The notes under the pieces were generated by a model. The model was not told the DNA's origin. It was given only the letters and a program-made list of their open reading frames with translations, and did not search any database. Below are positions 35,934 through 44,777 of a DNA stretch of 64,000 nt, piece after piece. The stretch is taken from contig JADJSS010000004.1 of the NCBI GenBank assembly GCA_016711605.1, positions 130,320 through 194,319 on the forward strand, read 5' to 3'. A program made the position numbers and the translations under genes. The first letter of the stretch is position 1, and every line of letters starts with the position of its first letter. This DNA is from Saprospirales bacterium. Lineage in GTDB: Bacteria > Bacteroidota > Bacteroidia > Chitinophagales > JADIYW01.

Positions 35934-38297
35934 TTATTCAGACATGAAAAACTTTTTTGTGTAAGTTTTCTTACCTAAAATTACTTTTATGTTGTACGTT
36001 CCAGATTTTAGTTTTGCAAAATAAGGTGCTAAATCGTTTTTGCCTTTTGTAAAGGAAATACTTTTACAAAGAATAAGTTTATTGCTTTTGTTATAAATAT
36101 AGAACTTTCCTTTGCCAGCTTTTTGTGTGTTGAACCAAATGATTGGCAATTCAATATCTGAATTTGTAATAATAGTAATACCGTCTTTTATCGCTATAGT
36201 TGGCTGAATAAGGGTATCTGTTTTAGGTGTTGTAATTGGAGTTGTAGGAATAATTACTTTTGGCGTATCAACTTTTACAGGAACAATTACAACTGGTTTT
36301 ACGGTATCTTTTGGTGTTGTAATTACAGTTGATGGAACGCAATTATTGATATAAGTTGGATCTGATTTTTCAACAGCAGTTGAGTTTCCAAGTGTTGCAT
36401 CTAGCATTAGTTTTCCATCATCTTTTTGTGTTTGCGTATTGGTGTTTAATTTCCAAAGTGCCACTATACCTTCTGTGTTGCCAGGAATATTGTAAGTGCT
36501 GTAATTGAAATTATAGTTTGAATTCCAGAATCGAATTTCATGTATTTGTCCAACAGCATTGGTAAAGGTATAACTTGCATTTTTGTTGTCAGTGTAATCA
36601 GCGCCACCAAAATACGTGCTGTTGTTCAGTGTATTTCTTGTGCTGTAAATAGCATCCGCAAATAATGAAGTTGCTGCATCACCATCAATTTCTACTAATA
36701 AATTTGGTGCAGCTACTTTAATATGTACATGATGCCAGTTATTATCAATAACATAATTTGCTTTATTTTTGGTAATGAGTTGTTGTATGTTTTCAATGTA
36801 ATTTATACCATTATTATAACTTAGATAAATTTTATCGTTACCTAAAAGTCCGATTAAAAGTGCAGTGTTTTTTATGTTCTTTTCATTATTTATACTGAAT
36901 AAAACACGCACGTTGTTGTTGTCATTTATGCTACTTTGTTTGTACCAAAATTCTACATCGAACTTACTTTGCAATGAAGCACTTCTTTCTACTTTAATAA
37001 AATCGTTTCCATCAAAAGTATAAGCCAAACAATGATTGTTGTTAACTAGCGGGTTGACATTTAAAACAGGCGCTGGAATTTCTGTTGTCATTTCTGGTGA
37101 ATTATTAACTACAACTGCTGACGAATTAGAAGCACCTGGTACTTTTATTTTTTTATAATTGGCACTTGGTATTTTAGGATTGAGTGATTTTGCTGCAGGT
37201 GGATTTTTACCAACTTGTGAAACTCTACAAGTAGCATTTGGCAAGGTACAATTAGCAGTTATACATTCTATGGTTTTATACATTTGTATCGGTTGCTTTT
37301 GAATAACCGTCGTTCTTAAAAAATCTAGCATATCTGGATACCAATTCATTGGATAGCCACTCGGAAATGTATTTTTATTATACTGACATTCCGGTGTCAT
37401 GGTATGTCCAACATCTTTACCAGTAATAAATAAGAAGCTACCGTTTTCGCTTTTTAATTTTTCTGCAATTTTTTCGCTACCATACACGTAGACATCAATC
37501 GGATTATAAAATAAATTTCCTTCCATATATGGTACCGCTGGATCGGCACTTCCATGAAACATAAATACCGGTTTTAATTCATTTGGTTTAATGAAATTAA
37601 CATCATATAAACTTCCATATAAACCAATCACACCTTTGATGTTTTTCTGTTGTAAGTTATCATCAAACTCATTAAAATAAGCATTTCCAGCATTTTTCCC
37701 AAACTTTGAAATAGCTTCTTCTTTGCTCATAAATGCAGCTTGCATCGCTGTTCCACCACCTAAACTTCCACCACCAACAATTACAGTGTTTGGATCGATG
37801 TTATATTGTTTTGCTTTTTTTGTAATTAGGTAATTGATGGCAATATGCAAATCCATAGCAGCAGTCATCACTAAAAATGGATTGATGTTTTTAGCGTCTA
37901 ACAATAATTGTAATTGATTGATAACGCTACCACGAATATTGATAGAAGCTACCACGTAACCACGACGAGCTAAATCTTTCGCTAAAAAATTATAAACTGT
38001 TTTATTAGAGCCACCACCTGGTGCAAAAATAATCAGTGGTTTTGCAGCAAATTTTATGTTTGCATCTTCGCAATAATAGACATCCAAATCTGTTTTTTGT
38101 TTGGCTGAATTTACATTTGGTGGATAGCTTGTTTTGGTAGCATCATCGTTATAGATTTCAGTAACCATTTTTACTTGTGCTGCTGAATAAATATAATCGA
38201 TATATGCATTCGGTTGTGTTTCTGGAATTAGGTTTTGTGCTTTATTATTTATGCTTGAAAACATAAGAATAGCTAGTAAAAAGTATATTTTTTGCAT
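35934..38297 (-). CDS. Secreted alpha/beta-hydrolase (esterase-like) fused to a LamG-like domain
   Basis: It has a signal peptide. Hydrolase motifs are IIFAPGGGSN, a GGSLGG nucleophile elbow, and HGSADPAVP. The LamG-like block reads FDGNDFIKV...FWYKQ...WHHVHIKV. A Pro/Thr/Val linker and a C-terminal beta-sandwich follow. Confidence 0.65.
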   Translation of the reverse strand: MQKIYFLLAILMFSSINNKAQNLIPETQPNAYIDYIYSAAQVKMVTEIYNDDATKTSYPPNVNSAKQKTDLDVYYCEDANIKFAAKPLIIFAPGGGSNKTVYNFLAKDLARRGYVVASINIRGSVINQLQLLLDAKNINPFLVMTAAMDLHIAINYLITKKAKQYNIDPNTVIVGGGSLGGGTAMQAAFMSKEEAISKFGKNAGNAYFNEFDDNLQQKNIKGVIGLYGSLYDVNFIKPNELKPVFMFHGSADPAVPYMEGNLFYNPIDVYVYGSEKIAEKLKSENGSFLFITGKDVGHTMTPECQYNKNTFPSGYPMNWYPDMLDFLRTTVIQKQPIQMYKTIECITANCTLPNATCRVSQVGKNPPAAKSLNPKIPSANYKKIKVPGASNSSAVVVNNSPEMTTEIPAPVLNVNPLVNNNHCLAYTFDGNDFIKVERSASLQSKFDVEFWYKQSSINDNNNVRVLFSINNEKNIKNTALLIGLLGNDKIYLSYNNGINYIENIQQLITKNKANYVIDNNWHHVHIKVAAPNLLVEIDGDAATSLFADAIYSTRNTLNNSTYFGGADYTDNKNASYTFTNAVGQIHEIRFWNSNYNFNYSTYNIPGNTEGIVALWKLNTNTQTQKDDGKLMLDATLGNSTAVEKSDPTYINNCVPSTVITTPKDTVKPVVIVPVKVDTPKVIIPTTPITTPKTDTLIQPTIAIKDGITIITNSDIELPIIWFNTQKAGKGKFYIYNKSNKLILCKSISFTKGKNDLAPYFAKLKSGTYNIKVILGKKTYTKKFFMSE

Positions 38298-38306
38298 GTT
38301 TATTTT

Positions 38307-39659
38307 TTAAGGATTTGTTAGAACGAAACTACCAGAGCTTAGTTTATATTGATACATAAATGTATTATCATAAAAATCAATTTCACCGTTTTTATTGATG
38401 ATAGGTTTAAATTGGAATTTTGTTTGCGTATTGTTTGAATTTGAAGACACACTGTATAAATTATCTTGTAGGTGTTGTTTGTTTTCTATTAAACTAAATA
38501 AATGCATCATGATATCATATGCTTGAAAACAAAGATCGGTTGGTTTTTTTTGATAAAGTGCTTCAAATTTTACTGCAAATTTTGCATTGTTTGCATTAGA
38601 AGTATTGTACGGATAGACACAAAACACATCATCAGTTAATTTTAAATCAGCTAATCCTTTTGAATTTTTCAGACAAGATGATGTATAAATTGAAAAATGA
38701 TTTTTAATTGGTTTTATTTTAGCTAGTATACTTTTTACATACGGTTCCTTTGATGAATAAATAATAGCTACTCTTTCGCTCAATGTATCAGCAATGACTA
38801 ATGATTTTGAGATGTCATCAGTAGCTCGTAAGGAAATGTATTTTACATTGGAAAGTTTGTATACATCGTTAACAATATATTTTAAGTTTGAAATATTTTC
38901 TGCTGTTGAATCTAAGCCATCATAAATAATTTCAAGTGTTTTAGAATTATTTTGCTTTTGTAACTGTTCTAAAATAAAACTGTATTGAGATTTTAGTGAT
39001 GCATTTGCATTAAAATAATAAGGATTGTCTTTTATAAACATAGAATTTACCACTGGTGAAATCATGTTTATTTGAGTGTACTTTGCAAGACTTGACGCAA
39101 TTTTTAAGTTTTTTCCAGTAATTGGCCCAACGATATAATCAACATTTGGAAATGGTTTTGACTTAAATGAATTTGCAATTTTTAAGGAATCATTTTTATC
39201 ATCCATAAAATATACGTTTACATTTAAATCTGGACTATTGTAATTTTGTCGAGCCAATTGGCAACCTAAATAAAAATCCATGGCATTTTTTGAATCTGCA
39301 CTTAATACTTTGGTTGAGTCATCTACATAATTTCCTAAAGGAATTTGATCTAAAAAAAATGGCAACAACACTACAATATTGTGTATTCTTGTAGGATCTT
39401 CATTTGCAATTTTAATTGGATTTGAAGGTGTTTTTGGTGTGGTTTCTACATCAAAAATATCTATTGCAACTGCTTTAGTTTTAACAGAGTCTTCTTTTTT
39501 TGTAATTCCGTTGGTATTTATGGCAACAACTTCTACATTTTTAGCAGAAGTTATCTTTTTTGCTGCGCACGAAGAAAATCCGCAAAATATTAACAAAAAC
39601 AGGAAGAAATTATTCCCATTCAATAGTAGCTGGCGGTTTTGAACTGATATCATATACAA
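38307..39659 (-). CDS. Lipoprotein with type-1 periplasmic-binding-protein-like fold (Leu/Ile/Val-binding/ANF-receptor-like), weak assignment
   Basis: It has a lipobox (FCGFSSC) and an alternating beta-alpha pattern starting [13 protein letters not shown]. The annotated start overlaps guaA by 50 nt, so the true start may be the TTG near 39620. Confidence 0.45.
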   Translation of the reverse strand: MYMISVQNRQLLLNGNNFFLFLLIFCGFSSCAAKKITSAKNVEVVAINTNGITKKEDSVKTKAVAIDIFDVETTPKTPSNPIKIANEDPTRIHNIVVLLPFFLDQIPLGNYVDDSTKVLSADSKNAMDFYLGCQLARQNYNSPDLNVNVYFMDDKNDSLKIANSFKSKPFPNVDYIVGPITGKNLKIASSLAKYTQINMISPVVNSMFIKDNPYYFNANASLKSQYSFILEQLQKQNNSKTLEIIYDGLDSTAENISNLKYIVNDVYKLSNVKYISLRATDDISKSLVIADTLSERVAIIYSSKEPYVKSILAKIKPIKNHFSIYTSSCLKNSKGLADLKLTDDVFCVYPYNTSNANNAKFAVKFEALYQKKPTDLCFQAYDIMMHLFSLIENKQHLQDNLYSVSSNSNNTQTKFQFKPIINKNGEIDFYDNTFMYQYKLSSGSFVLTNP

Positions 39660-41148
39660 CTCTGTTTATTCCTTTTACGTTATTTATTATTTCATTCGAA
39701 ACTCGTGCCAAAAATTCGTAAGGCAAATGTGACCAATCTGCAGTCATGCCGTCAACAGATGAAACTGCACGCAAAGCTACAACATTTTCGTAAGTTCTTT
39801 CGTCACCCATAACGCCAACACTTTGTACTGGTAAATACATGACGCCAGCTTGCCAAACTTGGTTGTATAGTCCACTACTTTTTAAGTTTTCAATGAAAAT
39901 ATGATCTGCTTTTTGCAAAATTTCTACTTTTTCAGCAGTTACATCACCTAAAATACGAATACCTAAACCTGGTCCAGGAAATGGATGACTGTGTAAAATA
40001 TTTTCAGGTAAATGTAAAGCAGCACCAACGCGACGCACTTCATCTTTAAATAATTTTTTTAACGGTTCGATAATTTTAAGGTGCATTTTTTCAGGCAAAC
40101 CACCTACATTATGATGCGATTTTATTTTGGCTGAAGGTCCATGAACGGAAATAGATTCAATCACATCAGGATAAATGGTACCTTGACCCAACCATTTTAC
40201 ATTTTCCAGCTTTTGTGCTTCTTCCTGAAAAACATCAATAAAAACTTTTCCAATGGCTTTGCGTTTGGCTTCAGGTTCAGAAAGTCCTTTTAATTCTGCA
40301 TAAAATTTTTCGGAAGCATCTACACCTATGATGTTCAAACCCAATTCTTTATACGAATCTAAAACAGATTCATATTCATTTAATCGCAATAAACCATTAT
40401 TTACAAAAATGCAAACTAATTGTTTACCAATAGCTTTATGCAATAGGAGCGCGGCAACAGAAGAGTCAACACCACCAGAAAGACCAAGCACTACATTATC
40501 AGCGCCAACAATGCTTTGAATTTCAGAAACACTTTCTTCTACGAAGGCATTTGGCGTCCAATCTTGTGCGCAACCACAAATATCTACCACAAAATTTTGG
40601 ATAATTTGTTTTCCATCTGTGCTGTGTGTTACTTCTGGATGAAATTGAATCGCATAAATTTCTTTTTCATTATGTTTAAATGCAGCTACTGGAATGCTAT
40701 CGGTATTTGCAATAATAGTGTAGTTTTCAGGAACTTGTAAAATTGAATCACCGTGACTCATCCAAACTTGCGAATTTGCGTCTACAAATTTTAGCAATTT
40801 ATTAGTTGGTTCGATGTAATTTAAATGTGCTCTTCCATATTCTCTTTTCGATGAACGTTCTACTTTTCCACCTAAAACATGTGCTAAATATTGAGCACCG
40901 TAGCAAACGCCTAAAAGAGGTAAATTGTATTTTTCCAGCATTTCCTGAATTGGAAATTGTAATGCATCTTCTTCTAAAACTGAAAATGGCGAACCAGAAA
41001 GTATAATACCACTAAAGGTATCTTTTTCTACTATTTCTAATTTATTGTAAGGATGAATTTCGCAGTAAACGTTGAGTTCGCGAATACGGCGAGCTATGAG
41101 TTGCGTATACTGAGAACCGAAATCGAAGATTAGAATTTTGGAATGCAT
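39610..41148 (-). CDS. guaA: GMP synthase (glutamine-hydrolysing)
   Basis: It has a GATase domain (GVCYGAQ, HPE), the ATP-PPase loop SGGVDSS, and a C-terminus [11 protein letters not shown] 41148 is preferred over the TTG at 41154 that the ORF track uses. Confidence 0.95.
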   Translation of the reverse strand: MHSKILIFDFGSQYTQLIARRIRELNVYCEIHPYNKLEIVEKDTFSGIILSGSPFSVLEEDALQFPIQEMLEKYNLPLLGVCYGAQYLAHVLGGKVERSSKREYGRAHLNYIEPTNKLLKFVDANSQVWMSHGDSILQVPENYTIIANTDSIPVAAFKHNEKEIYAIQFHPEVTHSTDGKQIIQNFVVDICGCAQDWTPNAFVEESVSEIQSIVGADNVVLGLSGGVDSSVAALLLHKAIGKQLVCIFVNNGLLRLNEYESVLDSYKELGLNIIGVDASEKFYAELKGLSEPEAKRKAIGKVFIDVFQEEAQKLENVKWLGQGTIYPDVIESISVHGPSAKIKSHHNVGGLPEKMHLKIIEPLKKLFKDEVRRVGAALHLPENILHSHPFPGPGLGIRILGDVTAEKVEILQKADHIFIENLKSSGLYNQVWQAGVMYLPVQSVGVMGDERTYENVVALRAVSSVDGMTADWSHLPYEFLARVSNEIINNVKGINRVVYDISSKPPATIEWE

Positions 41149-41151
41149 TTG

Positions 41152-41159
41152 CAAAGGTA
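41152..41159 (-). promoter_or_regulatory. Bacteroidota -7 box (TACCTTTG on the minus strand) 3 nt upstream of the guaA ATG
   Basis: The plus strand reads caaaggta. The minus strand reads TACCTTTG CAA ATG. Confidence 0.4.
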
Positions 41160-41203
41160 AAAGAAACTAATAAGTTAACACAAAAAAGTTACTAAGAATT
41201 TAA

Positions 41204-41234
41204 ATAAAAAAAACTCGAACAGATTGTCCGAGTT
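41204..41234 (-). terminator. Rho-independent terminator after secG
   Basis: Stem aactcgaac (41212-41220) pairs with gtccgagtt (41226-41234) with one mismatch, followed by a T-run on the minus strand. Confidence 0.65.
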
Positions 41235-41280
41235 CAAGTTAAATATTTATGAAAAAGAAATTTTTCAGTTTTAAAACACC

Positions 41281-41637
41281 TTATTTTGTTGGCTGCGTTG
41301 GATTTTGCGCAGGTTGTGTTTGATTTGGTTGTGGCATTACAGGTTGAGCTGCTGTTGGTAATTTTGCTGCTTCTTCTGTCATAGTTTTTTTAATTACAGT
41401 GCCATCATCTTCACGTGGTAAGATAAACGCAGTGCAAACGCATAACAACATTAAAAGGATAGCGCTGCCCCAAGTTGTCTTTTCCATGATGTCGCCAGCA
41501 CTTTGAACACCAATGATGTTTGAAGCAGTGTTACCAACGCCACCAGTTAGACCACCGCCTTTTGGATTTTGAATTAAAACGATCATTGTTATGAATAAAC
41601 AAAGAATTATGATTAAAATGACTAAAAATGTAAACAT
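41281..41637 (-). CDS. secG: Preprotein translocase subunit SecG
   Basis: It has two TM helices and the LIQNPKGGGL motif, followed by a Pro/Gln-rich tail. Confidence 0.85.
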   Translation of the reverse strand: MFTFLVILIIILCLFITMIVLIQNPKGGGLTGGVGNTASNIIGVQSAGDIMEKTTWGSAILLMLLCVCTAFILPREDDGTVIKKTMTEEAAKLPTAAQPVMPQPNQTQPAQNPTQPTK

Positions 41638-41638
41638 G

Positions 41639-43339
41639 TTATTCTGATTTAGTTAAATTTTGAATTAAGGACGCAAAGTAAGCACTTTTTTCGGGAAATT
41701 TCAAACGAAGTGTGTTATAAATGTCTAAAGCTTTTTCAATTTTACCTTGTTTCACATAAATATTTGCCAATGTTTCGGTCATCATATCGTTTTTGAAGCT
41801 TACTGACTCGGTCGCGCTTTTGGTAACTTCTACGTCGATTTCATTAAAAAGATCAATTTCACCTTCTTCAAAAACTGGCTGAATGGTAATTTTTTCTTCT
41901 TTTTGGTTGCTTTGTTTGATTTCTGCATCTAATTCGTCGAGTGATTTTTCTGTTTTTTTATTTTGTAAAGATTGTTCCACTTCATAGCGTGGAATTTCCA
42001 TCCAATTATCGGTTTGGTTATTTGGTGCAGTTTGAATTTGTAATTTTCCGTCTAATAATTTTAACCATTCTACAAACGTATGAGGTTCGCTGGTGTTTTG
42101 AATATTAGGTTCAACTGTTTTTTCGATTGTTTCAGGTTGTTGTGTTTTTTGTTCGATAATTGGCTCGATAATTTCTTCAATAATTTTATTTTCAATTATT
42201 GGTTTTTCAACAACAGCTTCTGAAATTTCATGTTTAATTTCATCTTTAAATTCGACTGCTGTTTCGATATTAGCATCCGTTGTTTGAATTTGAGTCGTTG
42301 AATTTTCAACTTCGATTTCTTTTTCTTTTTCTTTTTCTTTGTATTCTGTTTTTGGAGTGATTTCTTTTTCTATAGAAATTGTTACAAAGTTGTTTTCTAT
42401 TTCATCGTGAATATTCGTAAACTCAGGAATTATTTGTACAACTAATGATTTTTGTAAATCTGTTTTTTCTTGAATAACATTAGAAGTTTCTTCTGTTTTT
42501 TCTACAGCTAGAATTTCTGTAGTTGTAATTTTCTCATTAATTTTTTCCTCAATTTCTTCAACAATTGGTTTTTCTTCAACTATTTCTGGAATAGTTTCTT
42601 CCGAAATTTCGGAAACAATTTCTTTTGTTTCTTCAATGATTGGTTGAGTAATTTCTTTGCTTACAACTTCTTCAACTATTGGTTGTTTTACTTCAATTAC
42701 TTCTTCTAATAAGATTTTGTTTTCTACACTTTCACTTTTATTCTCACTTTCAATTTTCGGATTTTCTCTTTCAAGTTTGATTTGCTGAATGCGTTGTAAA
42801 ACTATTTCAGCAGCAGAAAGTTTTTCTTCAACAATTGGTTTTTCAATAACTGTTTCTTCAACTATTTCTGGAATAGTTTCTTCCGGAATTTCGGAAACAA
42901 TTTCTTTTGTTTCTTCAATGATTGGATCAGCAATTTCTTTGCTTACAACTTCTTCAACGATTGGTTGTTTTACTTCAATTACTTCTTCTGATAAGATTTT
43001 GTTTTCTACACTTTCACTTTCATTCTCACTTTCACTTTTATTCTCATTTTCAGTTTTCGGATTTTCTCTTTCAAGTTTGATTTGTTGAATGCGTTGTAAA
43101 ACTATTTCAGCAGCAGAAAGTTTTTCTTCAACAATTGGTTTTTCAACAACTGTTTCTTCAACTATTTCTGGAATAGTTTCTTCCGAAATTTCGGAAACAA
43201 TTTCTTTTGTTTCTTCAATGATTGGATCAGCAATTTCTTTGCTTAAAACTTCTTCAACGATTGGTTGTTTTACTTCAATTACTTCTTCTAATAAAATTTT
43301 GTTTTCTACACTTTCACTTTCACTTCTTTTCACTTTCAC
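41639..43339 (-). CDS. C-terminal part of a Glu/Ile/Val-rich tandem-repeat protein with a terminal TPR-like motif
   Basis: The ORF is GTG-initiated. It carries repeat units SESVENKILLEEVIEVKQPIVEEV...EKLSAAEIVLQRIQQIKLERENPK and ends LANIYVKQGKIEKALDIYNTLRLKFPEKSAYFASLIQNL. It is probably continuous with 43336..44190. Confidence 0.6.
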   Translation of the reverse strand: MKVKRSESESVENKILLEEVIEVKQPIVEEVLSKEIADPIIEETKEIVSEISEETIPEIVEETVVEKPIVEEKLSAAEIVLQRIQQIKLERENPKTENENKSESENESESVENKILSEEVIEVKQPIVEEVVSKEIADPIIEETKEIVSEIPEETIPEIVEETVIEKPIVEEKLSAAEIVLQRIQQIKLERENPKIESENKSESVENKILLEEVIEVKQPIVEEVVSKEITQPIIEETKEIVSEISEETIPEIVEEKPIVEEIEEKINEKITTTEILAVEKTEETSNVIQEKTDLQKSLVVQIIPEFTNIHDEIENNFVTISIEKEITPKTEYKEKEKEKEIEVENSTTQIQTTDANIETAVEFKDEIKHEISEAVVEKPIIENKIIEEIIEPIIEQKTQQPETIEKTVEPNIQNTSEPHTFVEWLKLLDGKLQIQTAPNNQTDNWMEIPRYEVEQSLQNKKTEKSLDELDAEIKQSNQKEEKITIQPVFEEGEIDLFNEIDVEVTKSATESVSFKNDMMTETLANIYVKQGKIEKALDIYNTLRLKFPEKSAYFASLIQNLTKSE

Positions 43340-43903
43340 TTTTTCTTTTCAGTTTTCGGATTTTCTCTTTTAAGTTTGATTTGCTGAATGCGTTGTAAAA
43401 CTATTTCAGCAGCAGAAAGTTTTTCTTCAACAATTGGTTTTTCAACAACTGTTTCTTCAACTATTTCTGGAATAGTTTCTTCCGGAATTTTGGAATCAAT
43501 TTCTTTTGTTTCGTCAATAATTGGTTCAATAATTTCTTCGCTTACAACTTCTTCAACTATTGGTTGTTTTACTTTAATTGCTTCTTCTAATAAAATTTTG
43601 TTTTCTACACTTTCACTTTTATTCTCATTTTCAGTTTTCGGATTTTCTCTTTCAAGTTTGATTTGCTGAATGCGTTGTAAAACTATTTCAGCAGCAGAAA
43701 GTTTTTCTTCAACAATTGGTTTTTCAACAACTGTTTCTTCAACTATTTCTGGAATAGTTTCTTCCGAAATTTTGGAATCAATTTCTTTTGTTTCTTCTAT
43801 GATTGGTTGAGTAATTTCTTTGCTTACAACTTCTTCAACGATTGGTTGTTTTACTTCAATTACTTCTTCTAATAAAATTTTGTTTTCTACACTTTCACTT
43901 TTT
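42545..43903 (-). repeat. In-frame tandem repeat of ~300 bp (~99-100 aa), 4 full units plus a partial unit
   Basis: The landmark ctgaatgcgttgtaaaactatttcagcagcagaaag recurs at 42786, 43086, 43385 and 43666 (periods 300, 299, 281). The antisense shadow ORFs MRCKTISAAESF... at 42789, 43089 and 43388 show the same periodicity. Confidence 0.9.
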
Positions 43904-44190
43904 TGATGCAAAAATTCTTCTTCAATAACAGGTATAATACCACCAATTTTTGCTTCCTGAATGATTGCACTGTCTTTTGTGTTTAATAAAAAATATAATT
44001 TTTCTCTATTGTGAAAATGGAACGCAGTTTTGTGTAATTCATTTTCTGAATAGGTTCCTTTATTTTTTAAAGCATACAAATGAAACAACGAAACATATGG
44101 ATATTCTTTTATCCAATTGAGTAAAATTTCATCAGGAACTTTATTCAGTAAAGTTGGATTCGCTAATATTTCTTGTATGTTGTAATTCAT
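43336..44190 (-). CDS. N-terminal part of the same tandem-repeat protein (conserved N-domain plus first two repeat units)
   Basis: The N-terminus MNYNIQEILANPTLLNKVPDEILLNWIKEYPYVSLFHLYALK is followed by repeats. The ORF ends in an A-run/hexamer tract (..NPKTEKKK*). Confidence 0.6.
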   Translation of the reverse strand: MNYNIQEILANPTLLNKVPDEILLNWIKEYPYVSLFHLYALKNKGTYSENELHKTAFHFHNREKLYFLLNTKDSAIIQEAKIGGIIPVIEEEFLHQKSESVENKILLEEVIEVKQPIVEEVVSKEITQPIIEETKEIDSKISEETIPEIVEETVVEKPIVEEKLSAAEIVLQRIQQIKLERENPKTENENKSESVENKILLEEAIKVKQPIVEEVVSEEIIEPIIDETKEIDSKIPEETIPEIVEETVVEKPIVEEKLSAAEIVLQRIQQIKLKRENPKTEKKK

Positions 44191-44777
44191 TACCAGTTAC
44201 CAAAAGTTTTATTGAAAATTTGTTGTATTAATCTGTCAAAGATAATTGTTGATAGTGAACTTTCAACATCAATAAGTTGTCGGTTGGCGTCATAATTTTC
44301 ACCATCTCTAAATACCTGTTTAAAGTTTTTCTTTGCATCTTTTTTATTGATATAATCAATTTGCACAGAAATATTCAATCTGTTTTGAGCTAAATTTTCA
44401 GTACCAGTTACCGTAACTGGATCTACACTGTATTCCATAATTGTTGCAGAGAATTCGATGTCACCATTATCGTTGTTTAAAGCAATTCTTGTTTCACGAA
44501 GAAATTTTTCTTTTAATTTATCGGTGAAAACTGGCGCCGCATTTGGATTTTGCAATGTTGAAATATTGACAGTTGGATTTACAGAAAATGTTTTTAGATT
44601 CGGATCAACAGCAGCATCTGTAAAGCGATAAATTTTGCAAGAAGAAGTTGCAATGCAAAGTAAAATAATAAGTAAAGTCGATAGTCGAAAATCAATAGTC
44701 GATCGTTTTATTTGATGACTAAAGTCTAATGACCATTGACCATTAACTATTGACCATTGACTAATCTTCCAATTCAT
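44190..44777 (-). CDS. LptE-like lipoprotein
   Basis: It has a lipobox LLCIATSSC. Its size, position (between the sigma-54 activator and the secG-proximal gene) and C-terminal region match the LptE-family proteins of Flavobacteriia that I recall. The first ~35 codons are encoded by heptamer repeats. Confidence 0.6.
   Translation of the reverse strand: MNWKISQWSIVNGQWSLDFSHQIKRSTIDFRLSTLLIILLCIATSSCKIYRFTDAAVDPNLKTFSVNPTVNISTLQNPNAAPVFTDKLKEKFLRETRIALNNDNGDIEFSATIMEYSVDPVTVTGTENLAQNRLNISVQIDYINKKDAKKNFKQVFRDGENYDANRQLIDVESSLSTIIFDRLIQQIFNKTFGNW
44674..44764. repeat. Two adjacent heptanucleotide arrays (plus-strand units atagtcg x4 at 44674-44701; tgaccat/tgactaa x7 at 44716-44764)
   Basis: The first array reads aaagtcg atagtcg aaaatca atagtcg. 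The second reads tgactaa agtctaa tgaccat tgaccat taactat tgaccat tgactaa. Confidence 0.85.

Noticed and set aside
42789-43669. Plus-strand ORFs MRCKTISAAESFSSTIGFS... repeated at 42789, 43089 and 43388
   Set aside because: They are antisense shadows of the 300-bp coding repeat, and their periodic recurrence simply mirrors the repeat. The minus-strand frame links conserved N- and C-terminal domains.
42545-43903. Possible CRISPR array, because of regularly spaced identical segments
   Set aside because: The period is ~300 bp and the whole unit is repeated, so there are no unique spacers. The repeats are in-frame coding sequence, and no cas genes are present.
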